From the human T2T-CHM13v2.0 reference genome, Homo sapiens, in NCBI RefSeq assembly GCF_009914755.1, contig NC_060934.1: a stretch of 64,000 bases of DNA, one strand, 5' to 3'. Numbering within the stretch: the stretch's first letter is position 1; each line of letters begins with the position of its first letter. Under the pieces are notes generated by a model. That model saw only the letters and a list, made by a program, of their open reading frames with translations. It was not told the origin of the DNA and ran no database searches. Of this stretch, positions 40,554 through 54,474 are shown piece after piece. The position numbers were made by a program, and so were the translations under genes.

Positions 40554-43500
40554 AAGATGGTTCAACTAAAAAAAATTAACTTTATACCTACCCCTACTTA
40601 ATAATACATAATTTGAAATTTCAATGCATTCCGTTCTCAGAAGAGATCATGTTTTTGTTGTTGTTGTTGTTCAATTGATAAGGATGCAGCTGATGAGACA
40701 ACTCATAAAATGTGCTCAAGATTACACAGCAGGTGCATACATAGAACTAGATTCCAGGGCCATTTTGACAATTTCTAGAAACCTCTCTGCCTTATCTGCG
40801 GGACTCGTTTATCCCAATGCTGAGTGTGTGGTAGAGAAATGCAGTTCCTGTTTCCAGAGTGTCTGCTTTCAAGAAACCCAGAGGCATTTATGACCGTGTC
40901 TGGTGGGCCCTACACGTTGGCCTACACGTCCAAAGGAGGACCCATGGGTCTCTGGGTTTTTGGCTTCAGATGCCTGACCTCATCCCTGTACAGAAAGACA
41001 GTCCACAGCATGAACATCTCTCTCCTCAGTGACCGTTTCCTCCTTCAGTAGCTGCCAGGACAGTCCTCACTTCCTCCCTATGGAAACGAACCAATTCCCC
41101 CACAACCCAGGTTGTGCCAGCGTATAATGGTGTCCCAATCACATGTACCATTCACTCAGCATTTCTTAGAACGAACTATCTGCAGAATATATTTCAAGCC
41201 TGTCTGTGTGCATGGCAGGTTTCTCACCCTCTAGCATTAAGAACAAAGAAATATAGTAAATCTCACTAATGCAAATCCTGGCATGTTTTTATGTCAGTTT
41301 CTTTTGCCAAACCTGAAAAGTTACTCTTCAAAACTGAAAAAATGCCAGAAGAACATTCTCATTTAGGAGTTAATGTTAATGTATTAATTAAAAAAAAAAT
41401 CAGTAAAACCCAGGAAAAAAGACCCAAAGTCATAAAGCTGTTGAAGTGATAGCCACAAAGAGCACTTTTAAATCTTCAAAGAACACTAGAATTAATGCCC
41501 AATTAATTATCATCACCTTTGTGCAAGGTAGGTTTTATAAAGATGCAACATGGGGAAATTGAGCAACCTGCCCAAGGCAGGGGAATGAGTACCCAAGTCT
41601 CAGCCTTTCTAAATCGTAGGCAACGGTGTGCGTGTTCTTTTTGACCATGGGAGAAAACTAAAGCCCGTAAAAGGTGATTACAACATGAATACCTGATGTT
41701 TCAGATATTTGTCATAAACCCACAAATAAAATCTATCACCCATAAAGAGGTTTTACTGGAGTGAGACGATGATATATCTGCCCGGGGTGATGCTATGAAG
41801 CATGACTTTGACACGCTGGGTTTTCAACAGCATGGGAAATACAATAACTTTCCCCAAGTGAATGGTTGGGAGTGTGATTATTTACACACATTGAATTTTA
41901 CGTACCCAAAGCAGGAAGGCAGCCAGCTTGGCCCATTTGCTAAGGATTTTGGACACAAGTGGGTCTGCTTGAGAGCCAGTCATAAAATGTTTGCTGGGCC
42001 AGTTCAGGGAAGGGTCTTGGAGGTAGCAATGGTGGGCAGTTTTAGGAAGTGGATTATGAGACACAAAGAGGTAGCATTTATTTACTGGCATTTACCCATT
42101 TCATAACTCAGAGAAAGTAGCATGTTTAAGGAAAGCGCAAAGAAAAGAATCTTTCTGGGACAAAGCAGCTGATTAGCAGGGACATGGAGGGGTTTTTAAG
42201 GGCGGTAAGGAAAGGCCCTACCCACGTCCCTCCCTGCCCCACTTCACCAGCTCTGACATGAATGGGTAGGGCGCTTGTTCTGCCCACAGCTATGACAAAA
42301 GCCCTAAAGCTTCATCTTCTAGGATTTCAAACTTTCTCACTGCTGTGCCAGCCATTTTATTTCACATGTTTCTAAAAGGAGTGATTTTAACAAAACCAAT
42401 TGAGCAAATCCCCTATCCTCCCATCTATAAAGATGGCTACAGAGGGAGAAAGAGAACATTATTCTAAAGAAGCCACTATCTTTTCTGCCTCACTTTTCCT
42501 GCCCAAGCCACAGTGCCCTCCACACCAGCTGAACCCCCACTGATATAGGGGCTAATGCTCTGGGGACTTGGGGGGAATGTGGGTATGATGCCCATGGGGC
42601 CCGGAATGGGACAACTGGAGTAAAAAAGATATGTAAGTTTCCTGTGGGTCCGTGGACGCCATGGGCCACAGCTCAGGCATGAGCTGTCATGAAGGCCCTT
42701 GAGAGGGCCATGGGGTGGGCCACACCTGCTGCATTATTCGGGGGGGTCAGCAGGACACAATCTGGAGAACTTTACAGAGCCTCCAAAATGAAACAAAACA
42801 TGCACACCCAAAACAAACAAACGAAAACTGGAGCCAACATTTGCACACATATTTTAAGAATAAAATGGACTTAATGCCTGTGTACAACTCGGTTCAGACT
42901 CAGTCAAAGTTGCAACGAACACCATTTTATTCACAGCGATTAGGATTTTGAAGAATGACATATATTGTTCCAGGAATAGTTCGCTGAGGAAATCACCAAG
43001 CAGCTCCAGCAGCCAGGCCCTGTGCTAGAAGGTGAGATGTGGAGATGGGGACCAGGACCCAGTGCTCCTAGAGGAGGAAGCCAGCTCCTGAGAAATCACA
43101 CTCTGTGATCATACGTGAAGGTGCTCCACAGATGACGTCCTCTAACCCTGGTATCCAAGACTCCCAAATTCCCATCTCTCACCCTGCCTTTTCACTACAG
43201 CACCAGGAACTTTTACAGTGAGTTCTGAAATAAGATCATCACTTTGAGTAAAATCAGGCAGTCAAAATCGCAGGACTTACAGGGAAAATGGGGGGAGACC
43301 CAATGCTCAAAAATTCATCAGTGACAAGTGAAAAAGTTAGAAAATGATTGAGGACTTCAGCACAGTTTTGCATGGGCTAAGTGGCTGAGAAGACATAACT
43401 ACAATAAGTCTGACAGTTTATTTTGAAAAAGACCTCGTGTTTCTGTTTGGAAGTGGGTGTCCTGAGGGTTATGAAGTGGTGGCAGGGCGTATTTGATACA

Positions 43501-43759
43501 GGAAGGTATGTCCTAACCCCAGATGTAGAAAGGTGAGCTCAGGACATGAGGGAGAAATTTAAGTTGAATGCGTGGGTGCGTTTGTGTGTTCCTTCATGGC
43601 CTGGTACATCTGGGTAGCTTTCCGCATTGATCTAATATTCCTAATAGACATAAGCAAACATGACATTTGAGAATTTCTGTTATGCTCAAATTATTTCTTA
43701 TTATACCAGTTGCATTGGAACCAATCTGAATTTCCAAACAAGCATTATGGTTTCTGCCT

Positions 43760-44620
43760 ACTCAACACCTCCCTTAGTTATTTGCTGGCCCTTTTGGTTA
43801 TAAAAAGGTCTTGAACAGAATTTGTGATTCTGCCCCACCGCCACTTCGCTGCACCCCTCATGAGTCTGCTCCCCCAACATTCTTTTTCATATGTAAGTAA
43901 AAATTGCAATCATCCATCCAGTTGCTCAGCCCCAAACCTAAGGGTGGATCATAAGTTTTCTCTTTCTCATTCCCCATATTCTCATCTCTTATGTCAGAAA
44001 ATCTGAGAGTGACAGTGTCTCACTCTCTCACCCAGGCTGGAGTGCAGTGGTGCCATCATAGCTCACTGCAGACTCTAACTCTTGGGCTCAAGTGATCCTC
44101 CCACATCCACATCCCAAGTAGCTGGGACTACAGGTGTGCATCACCACACTTGGATAATTCTTCGTTTAATTTTTTCTTTGATAGAAATGAGGTTGGCCAT
44201 GTTGCCCAGGCTGGTCTTGAACTCTTGGCCTCAAGCAAGCTTCCCTTTTCTCCTCCCATATGTTGCCCAGGCTGGTCTTGAACTCTTGGCCTCAAGCCGT
44301 CCTCCCTCCTTGGCCTCCCAAAGTGCTAGGATTACAGTCGTGAGCTACCACACTTGGTCCAAATTCCTTCCTATAGCCCAAGATGCCCTATGGGATCGGC
44401 TCCCACCTTCTTCTCTGACTTCATTTTTTCATGTGCTTTTATTCATTAACTTCTTAATATTTTGAGAGGCTATCAAGTTCACTCGCACCTCTAGGTCTTA
44501 GGAGGTTTTTTCTTTGCATTGGCTGATATTTCCTCATATTTTAGTGTATCTGGCTTTTTCCTTATTACTCAGGATTACTCAGACAGTTCTTCACAGGAGC
44601 CTTCCTGATGACCGCTATAA
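43760..44620 (+). mobile_element. L2 relic interrupted by an Alu
   Basis: catccatccagttgctcagcccaaaacct...tctttctcattccccatat and later pyrimidine-rich L2 motifs. Confidence 0.55.
44007..44359 (-). mobile_element. AluJ lacking a tail, with an internal 38-bp duplication
   Basis: Antisense Alu; atgttgcccaggctggtcttgaactcttggcctcaagc at 44199-44236 and 44260-44297. Confidence 0.9.
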
Positions 44621-45658
44621 GAAGCAAAGATACTGAATGCCAAGCACATTTGAAAGAGACTAGCACCAAAGGATGAGAGATCATGGGTAATAGAAACACA
44701 AACGTTCCCAAAAGGAAACAACATGAGGCAAAACTTGCCCCATCTTCACCGATCTCTCCCGTGCTATGGTGGCCAGCTTCCCGAGCCTCTGTCACCATGC
44801 CCTGTGGTCTCAGTGGCCCCATCTTACACATCATCCTCATTCACCAATTCCGTTTGTGCCCAGTTCCCACAGGGCTGCATTTTGTGTTCCATTGTGAGAG
44901 CCAACTAATTTAATAATCCCTTCTAATATTTCCTATGTTAATCTCTCACCACAGAAACATAAAGGGAATAGTAACACTAGTCACAACCAACATGACAGCA
45001 TTGCCATGCCGAGAGGCCCTTGGCCAGCTATGGGTCTGAGCGTCTCTCCAACAGCACAGGTGGGGAGGACCACAGCCCCACCTGTGCTTGGAGTGGATCC
45101 CGTTGATCACATGGGACAGCCAGCCAATGAGAAACACCCACTGCTGCTCCTCATGTTTCCCATGTTGAATGAATAAAGGAACCCAGCAACCCAGGCTGAC
45201 ATCTGCACTATGCAGACGCCAACTCGGTGTCCTGGGCTGAGAGTGAAGACACAGAGTGAAGGATATGGGGGTGGCCGCTGGTACAACTGTTCTCGAAGGA
45301 CATTTTTTTATGGAAAATCAAACACATTTTGAAGAATATTCTTAGTTACTCATAAAGGCCACATTTGTACCAACAGCACCAAGCCGGGCTTCCACGCTGG
45401 CATTGCTGGAGCCCAGCGCTGACCCGAGCAGGCTGCACAGAGGTGCAAAGCGAATGCAAACACCACCTGAGGGGCCTGAGCACTTATATTTGGCCAGGGT
45501 GCAGATGTCCAGTTTAGAAGCTGATGGTTTCCATGGGTCCTGTGCTGATGTCATCCTGAGTCACTCAGGGAGCTGCTGCTTGTGCAGTGATTTCATTGCA
45601 TCCTCCTGTCCCAGCATCCAATCGCGGTGGCTTAATTGTGGAGTTGAAAGCAGAGTGA

Positions 45659-46352
<694 letters not shown>

Positions 46353-48339
46353 TTATGCCAATCTTGAAGTGGCCCAAACCTTCCGTGATGACAGGGACAT
46401 CACAGTGACATTGCCCTGTATCCCCCATGTTTTAAGCAGAACAAATTCTGTCAATGTGGATGGAGTAAATGAATACAAAACAAAGCCATATGGTTGTTTC
46501 CTGAAAACTTTTTCCTTCTGGAAATTTCCCAAAGCAGCTGTGCATAATGACTTACATTGGTCTCGATTGCCACCTTTTTCTTTGGACCCGTTATTACACT
46601 TCTTACTCTTAAAAGGTGGTGGTTAAGTATGTATTTTGCTGTTTCTCATCTCTATTCTGATTATTTTCACATGTATTAATATTTACAGATGGATTCTTGC
46701 TGCTGTGTAAAAAGCATGGTACTACTGCAAGACCGTGGATGTTATCATTCCATTTTAGGTTCTAGCTAGCTGTGTGGCATTAAATAAGCAACTTCACTTT
46801 TCTGGCTATAATTTCTTTGACAGTAAAATTGGAAAAAAATGATGGTAAAAAAGTATTTTTAATTTCACTTACAGCCTTAACATTTTACGGTATTTAAGTC
46901 AGCCTGGGTGCCTAGCACTTTGTTGCCTATTTTCTATTTTTAAGCATGATCATAGTTTTCCTCTCATACTTTCCCAACTTTGTCTCATTCTCTCCTGAAC
47001 TCATATGAATCAGAAAAGGATTACCTTCCTCCCCTAGCACTTTGAAAACAGTTAACAAAAAACAGAAGTATCCTCCTGTGCTTCTCAGATGTTTCCCTTG
47101 CTGTTAGAGCTTCTATATTAGGACTATTTGTTGGGCTGCATTGTTGTAATAGACCTGTCATCTCAGAATTTACTTAAGCCAGACAAGACCTACTTTCTAT
47201 TTTCAGCCTACTCTCTTTTTGTTGAGCTAAGTGCATACTGATCATCACACAATTTTCCAGACCTCTTCTTTCCTGATAGGTCGGTTTACAGCAGTTTCCA
47301 AAGAAAATATTACCCTGGTGGAATCATTTCTACCGTGGAGCAAAGCTCTCAGGCAAGTCTTCAAAATATTTGTTTCCCACTGGGTGTATCTGGGCCCAGA
47401 TAATTATTTGTTCTAATAAAAGAACAGGATGTGCTTGTCTAAGAAGTACTGTGAAGGCAGTATATGTGGGATAGAAGATTGAATACAGAATGGTACATAG
47501 TTTTGATTTCACTAGGATGAAAATTATGCTTTACCTGTAATGAATCACAGTGGAAACATCCTTGTTGAAATATTAAACTGCTTCTCATTCACAAGGTGTC
47601 AGTGTTTTAATCCTTTAGGGAAAGTGCTTAATGCACATCATATTAGACACGGTGTGTCCCATCAATCAGATCCAATGGGTGATAGATGACATGCAATAGA
47701 CCAAGTGCCATACCCTTATTAACAACTAATATCCATGTTACTGCATTTCATTAATCTGCCTAGAAGCCCTCCTGTAATAAAAGAAATGACTTATTTCTTC
47801 GGTACCCCTTGAATTTCCTTGCTAAACTTTCATTTAAAATTCTGAATTCCAGCTGGAAGACACTCAAGGAAATGAGCCTTTGGGATGAATACAATTGAAT
47901 CATGAAGAGACTAAATTACACTATCAATTGTAGAGTGTTACCAGGCTGCCTGACAAAAAAAAAAAATGTGCAAAAAAATTGTGGCATAAAGAAGTATAAC
48001 AGATTACCAAAAGACAAGATCAGCATTTTCTTCCTTCCTGGATTTGCATTAGTTCCTTGAATGTAAAGTGCACACACTTAAACCTTGAGAACTTTTATAT
48101 TATCCTGATGTAAAGTGATAAGGTGTTGACTCTAATTTAAGATTGGTTTATAGTGCATAAAGAAAATATGATTTGATTTAGATGTGGCTATGCCTGAAAC
48201 AATGCAGCATGGTGTAATTACAATGAGAGGCGCTCGTACTGAATGGGAGACTTCCTTGCTACTAGAAACCTATTGATTTTGCTGCTAGAAATATTAAGGA
48301 GTCCTTTTAAATTTTTTTTGCTTAGAAGACAGAATTAAT

Positions 48340-48640
48340 ACTTCTTCATAGGGTTGAGGGAGGGCAGAAAGGACATTTCTGGAAGAGGAGGTGTCTGGAT
48401 GTGACTTGAAGCGTACATGGTGGGTTTTCAGGATGAACAAGGTGAAGGATGGCATTCCAGACAAGAGGAAACAGCTCCTGCAGAGTCACGGATGCATGAA
48501 GCACGTGTGGAGGCCCAGGAATGAAAACTAATTTGTTCTTATCAAAGCACAGAATGTGAGGAAGCGTGGTGATGAAGCTGTGCATGTGGACAGGTGGCCA
48601 ACTGAGTCATGTTTTCCAGGAATTTACACGGGAACATTAC
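48340..48640 (-). mobile_element. L2 relic
   Basis: ttctggaagaggaggtg...gcattccagacaagaggaaacagc...tgcagag. Confidence 0.6.
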
Positions 48641-49124
48641 AGATCATATTACCCTAGGAAGAATTCTCTACCATTATTTATTTAAGGACCTGCTATTTAA
48701 CAACATGGCAATCAATAATCAAAGTCCAAGGAATGGTCACTCATAGATCTGATAATAATTTTTCCAAAGGGTTGAAGACAAGAACTTGATCTCTCTTCCT
48801 TTTCTTAATGTTTCTAGTATTAACATGTGTACTGACAACTTGATAATCCTTTGAAGTGAAGAGACTTTTTCCCTGGGTCTCTCCCTTGCATCTACCAGAA
48901 AGAAGAAAGTTTAAGACACTTGTTTACTTAGGCCAGATCCTTGTACTGACATAGACTCGGAGAGAGGTAAATAGGCTATTGACTCTGAAATCTCAATAAT
49001 TATCACAATGTAGTTACAGATGAATTATTCTACAATCTTTATCAAGTCTGGCGTATGTTTCTCAACATTTAACTGAATGATTTGAATTAGTAGCTTTACA
49101 TAGGAGCTTCATGCACTCTGTTAC

Positions 49125-49249
49125 TTTTATTTATTTATTTATTTATTATTTTTTTTTTAGGCGGAATCTGCTCTGTCACCAGGCTGGAGTGTGTTGGCGT
49201 GCTCTCGGCTCACTGCAACCTCGGACTCCCTTGGACTCCCTGGTTCAAG
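49125..49249 (-). mobile_element. Alu right-arm fragment (about 90 bp plus tail)
   Basis: (TTTA)n tail, ctctgtcaccaggctggag...ggttcaag; micro-duplication ggactccct x2. Confidence 0.88.
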
Positions 49250-49816
49250 ATTAAATGTTTACCGTACATTCCTATGGTCTTTAAAGTTGCTTTTTGTTTA
49301 TCTTTATAAGGCTGAGGATGATTCTGGGTCATACCCACTTAAGAAAATTAACACTGCTATGCTTGACTCTGGAATAAAATGTTGCATTCTTGCAGGTGCA
49401 TGAGTCAGTAAGCAAGAAGACCGAAGATGTTACTTCTTCAGGAACATTTGGGCTCTACTTCCCTTTGTCCTTTTTATGTGAGCTGGGCATTTAATTATGT
49501 ATACACCTACACATTCTTGTCAGGTACCTCAGGTTTCATAAGAGGTTGTAAATCTTGTTAAACCACACGCTTCTACCTTAAGCCAAGAGCATGGAATAGC
49601 TGCTGTATTCCAGATATTTTTGGGGAGTCTAACCTGCTACTAACTCATGCTCATTATTTATTAAAAGGCTAATTACAAGAAGGATTCATTGAAAAACATA
49701 ATTGGACTATTGCCTGAGGAGTATGTCATCCATCCTGAAATGCAGGCTTCTCTAAGTTAGGCTGGAAGAGAGCTGCATTTCTGGATGGTGCCCTTTAGCT
49801 TGCCAGCCGCCTGGGT

Positions 49817-50131
49817 CTTCTCTCCAGCCTGTCGCTCCAGGACACTTCTCCTATGGAATCGCACTGTGGCATTGTGCCCTCCAGGACACTTCTCCTGTGG
49901 AATCGCACTGTGGCATTGTGCCCTCCAGGACACTTCTCCTATGGAATCGCACTGTGGCATTGTGCCCTCCAGGACACTTCTCCTGTGGAATCGCACTGTG
50001 GCATTGTGCCCTCCAGGACACTTCTCCTGTGGAATCGCACTGTGGCATTGTGCCCCATGCCTTCTCTCCAGCCTGTCGCTCCAGGACACTTCTCCTGTGG
50101 AATCGCACTGTGGCATTGCGCCCCATGCCTT
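49817..50131. repeat. 44-bp VNTR (6 units) nested in a 68-bp duplication
   Basis: Unit ctccaggacacttctcctRtggaatcgcactgtggcattgtgcc starts at 49835, 49879, 49923, 49967, 50011 and 50079. Confidence 0.97.
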
Positions 50132-50918
50132 GAGGGGCACGATGGAAATGGCCACTGTGTTTCTGGTTGGAACACTCATGAACAGTGTTTACCATGTCAC
50201 ACACTGTCCTTTTTAGGGAGACCCATGGGGAAAATGTGCCAGTGAACTAAAATAGATGTGTCCCTCCCTCCTAAATGAGTAATTTTCTTTTCCCTCATGG
50301 AATCTCTGAATCACTTAATTAATTGTATTTTTTACTAGACTTCATTCAAAATTTCGAGTTAAATTTCTGGTTCTCTAGTATCAGTCTGTGACATTCATGC
50401 ATTTTGTGTACTTTCTTTAGTACGATCTCTCCAAACCTTATTTTCTATTTCCCAAATATAACTAATCACTAAAAAAAATCCTTATATTATGCACATGTTT
50501 GTCTTAAATATTTAATGAAACATGGTAGTTGATTTAATTAAGATAAAATGCCAGTGATATAAGTAATATATCATTATAAATAATAATACAGAATAATGTA
50601 TTTTTATCTGTAAATATATTTAATATTATTTATCCTATTTAATATTTATCATGTTATTTATGAATAATATATTGTTAAGTATAATAATAAAAATAGATAA
50701 TACGTAATGTAATAAATAAAACACCAGTTATATTTGCTATGTAGAATAATCTTATTGAAATTGAATTAATTTTAGACCCATTTTTCTTTAATATATAAAT
50801 GAGTAAGTTAAGTACAACAAAAAAATAGTCAGACCTGGCCATATGACAATTTCTTTGTAGTTTTAACACATCTACCATATATGATCCCCAAGATTTCAAA
50901 ATAAAAGTAGACAAAGCA

Positions 50919-51236
50919 GGCCGGGCGCGGTGGCTCACGCCTGGAATCCCAGCACTCTGGGAGGCCGAGGCGGGCGGATCACGAGGTCAGGAGATCGAGA
51001 CCATCCTGGCTAACACGGTGAAACCCCTTCTCTACTGAAAATACAAAAAAAAAAAATTAGCCAGCCTTGGTGGCGGGCACCTGTAGTCCCAGCTACTTGG
51101 AAGCTGAGGCAGGAGAGTGGTGTGAACCCTGGAGGCGGAGCTTGTAGTGAGCCAAGATAGCACCACTGTACTCCAGCCTGGGCGACAGAATGAGACTCCG
51201 TCTCAAAAAACAACAACAACAGCAACAAAAAAAAAA
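50919..51236 (+). mobile_element. AluY with (CAA)n tail
   Basis: ggccgggcgcggtggctcacgcc...gagaccatcctggctaacacggtg. Confidence 0.94.
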
Positions 51237-52580
51237 CACCACCAGAGATGACTTAATCCAGGGTTTTTATTTTAAAGACAGCAGAACTGAATGTAATGGC
51301 CAGGCTCAAGTTATCAGACAGATAGAATACCTGGCTTTTTCATGTAAGTGTGATCACTGGTGAATTGTTTAACTTCTGTTAACTCAAGCTTTTCCCCATG
51401 TACAGCAGAGACAGTAATGATTGTGGTGATGCTGTGGAAATTACATTAAGGAAAGTATGAAACATTCAGCACAGCTCCCAGAGTGTCCGTATTGCTATCA
51501 AAAGTCAGCTCCTTCTCTCCCCACACTGCCTTCAGGACGGCAGAGCCAAGGAGAGAGCCCCTCTCAGCATGTGTGTTCTTCTCCATGGTGGATTTTAATT
51601 CACTTTGGCGTATACTTACAGTTGATATTCTCCTACTTGGTGTTCTGTTTTACTTTGTTTTTTCTTTTGGAGCTATTTACTCTTCTCAATCTTCCTACAT
51701 AACCATGCTGTCTTTGAGGCAGAAGATGGTTCTTTTTCCCATGATGAGTTCTTTTCCCATGTCCCTGGAGAGGCAGGTTTCCTCCAGCCCAGGACACTCG
51801 TACCACAAGGTTGGCAGGTGGCACCCTGGATGACCAGCCCTTTGGGCAGCATCTCTTTCATATTCACTGGCTGCAGTTTCCTAAAATGCCAACATTCATA
51901 TTCCTCGTGAAGTGTATGACAAGCCATTTTCCATTGAGTTAAAATGTAATTGCATCTGGAAGGGGTTTTAGATGACATTGTTTCTTAACACCCGTTGTCA
52001 ATATATGGGTACCCCAAGCACTGGGGGATTAAAGGGGACAAGCAAGGAGGCTCGAGCTATTTGGGGAGCAGGAACTGCCCTCCAGGGATGGGGTGAGGAA
52101 CTTTCAGGGACAGTATAGTGCTCCTGGAGAGATTGTGCTGGTGGCTGGGGAAGTTTAGGAGGCAGCGGCGCGAAGCCAGAAAGATTATGCAATGACCCAA
52201 TGCAATAACAATCTGGATGTGTTTTGGGCATTGTAGCATGTTCGATGGTTTTAAAAAGCATGATATACAGTCGCCTTGAGTTGGCAGAGTGAGACTGATT
52301 AAATGATGAATGTCATGGTAGGTACAGATAAAATCTTAAAAGCACTCGAAAACGTCACATTAAAAAAATTGTATTTTTGGTCAGGATGTGATTTCACATC
52401 TGGCTTGAAAGGGCCACAGATGTTTGTGGCATGGGACTGAACTTATATGTGCTCATGCTTTGTGGTGAGAGAATATCTGGCCCTCAGCCTGTGGATTAGT
52501 TTAGAGTTTAATCATAAAGCCTAGAATCTGCCTTGTTTCAATAAAACAAACAAACAAACAAATGACAACAAAAATAACAA

Positions 52581-52821
52581 CAAATCTTTGCTGAAGGCAG
52601 GCCAAGGTGATAAGGCATCAAAGAAAGGGGTATGAAATTTGATAGGATGCCTGTGATGATCAGGCATTAAGGGTGGGAAGTTCTTGTGAAACTGCCTCAG
52701 CAGGATTCTTGCTGAAAAGGAGGTATGCAGGCCCAGCGAGGATGGGAGCCAACGTGGAATCCTCATTGAAAAAAGGGCTGAGAAGGCCCTAAGGAACGTT
52801 GTCAAGGAGAGAGACTTTGTC
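52581..52821 (-). mobile_element. MER31-family LTR, 5-prime part
   Basis: cagcaggattcttgctgaaa...gtcaaggagagagactttgtca, the reverse complement of the TGACAAAG start. Confidence 0.75.
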
Positions 52822-54170
52822 ATGCCAAAGCTTAGGATGGCAACTTTATGAAACATAAGCTTGAGATCCCAGGCTGTCCTCCTCGAGCTGCAAAAACTGA
52901 CAGGTACCGGGAACCTGAGGCCTTGCAACACTGCTGGGTTGAAGGACTTCCATCCAAGGACGTCCCAATGACCCCTCACTGCTTCACTGCTGTGCTGATC
53001 ATTTTTTCTGACCTCTAACCCTTTACCTAAATGATTTTGAATTCTTCCAAACAGGCTGAGATGCCCTTGGCACTGACCCACTTTTTCTGTACACTTCCCC
53101 CTCCTCCTCCCCCGACCATGCCTGAATTCAGACCTCTAGCCCTTGGATCTGTTATCTGACCCAAGAAGTCTTGTCAATTTTAGAAGGCTATCACCTTTTA
53201 ACAGCCATTTCTGCTGCTTCCTGCACATTTTCTAATTTCTCCTCTGCTTTCCCTGGAAATCTGATGCTTGACTTGGACACAATTCAACCCTGTCTCCTTA
53301 TAGAGACAGCTGCTGAATGAATGCTAGAAATTTAAATTCTGCTTTTAGCTTAGGGTTCTCTGCCTTCTTTAAAAAAGTATTTCTAGAAAACATATACAAT
53401 ATATGCTGCTGCAGATTCACCTTTTTTTTTTTTGCTTTAATCCTTTGACTTGTAGTAGAAAATTGCTTTTAAGTAAGAAGTTTCCAAAATAGTTACACTT
53501 AAAAATAATGTTCCTTTTATACATTTGTTGTGGAAAGGCACTAAAAAATGCAAAATCGTGAGGACAAAAACTTCCTTTGATTTAAACCTATTGGTGACTC
53601 AAACAACTTGCCTGAAAGGAATTTACTTTCTTTAAAGCAAATCTTATGCAATATAATGTCCCTTGACAAATTAGGGGACATTAAATATCAGTGAGGGTTC
53701 TGCTCATTTTTGGTTCTTCCTAGTGCACGTGCTGAGTGTTCAGCACACTATATTTTATTGAATTCTCCAAGCTACTATCCATGGTCCTATTTATAGAGGA
53801 GGAGGAAGCGGGGGCTCTGAGGTGGGATCAACATGCTCATGGTCACCCAGCAAGTAAGAGGGGACCCATTCCCAGCGAGGCTGAGCATTCCCAGGACAGC
53901 TGCCAACACCATCCTGTTACTGGGAGGTTCTGATGTACCCAGAGGATGCTGGAAGCTGGGATTGGAAGAATGGGTAGATCTCAGAAATCATGAAGTCCTG
54001 TGGTCTTCAAACTGTGCCCCACAAAATGATCTAATGGCTTCCACATGTGGATTTTACAAAAAAGCGTCATCAGAACAAAAGAATGTAAAAACTACTGACT
54101 TTTCCCAAAACTTACACTTTCCCAATGGGAAAATTGAAAATTTGAAAGTCCACTTAAATTGCTTCAGGTT

Positions 54171-54474
54171 GGTCAGGCACGGTGGCTCACGCCTGTAATC
54201 CCAGCACTTTGGGAGGCCGAGGTGGGTGGATCGCCTGAGGTCAGGAGTTCGAGACCAGCCTCACCAACATGGAGAAACCCTGACTCTGTTAAAAATACAA
54301 AATTAGCTGGGCATGGTGGTGCACACCTGTAATCACAGCTGCTCGGGAGGCTGAGGCAGAAGTGCTTGAACCCGGGAAGTGGAGTTTGTGGCGAGTCAAG
54401 ATTGTGCCATTGCACTCCAGCCCGGGCAATAACAGCAAAACTCCGTCTCAAAAAAAAAAAAAAAAAAAAAAAAA
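54171..54474 (+). mobile_element. AluSp-like element inserted in a MIR
   Basis: Diagnostic accaacatggagaaaccc; TSD gcttcaggt. Confidence 0.93.

Noticed and set aside
49757-50245. ORFs in all six frames, and a superficial CRISPR-like periodicity
   Set aside because: The 44-bp unit is stop-poor and not a multiple of 3; units are contiguous with no unique spacers; eukaryotic context with no cas genes.
52521-53081. Longest ORF in the track (186 aa)
   Set aside because: Non-ATG start, runs through a MER31 LTR and a (TTTG)n tract, and has no recognisable domain.
53654-53683. 9-bp inverted repeat taatgtccc / gggacatta, and an AT hairpin near 62115-62142
   Set aside because: Short arms in AT-rich DNA are expected by chance in 64 kb.
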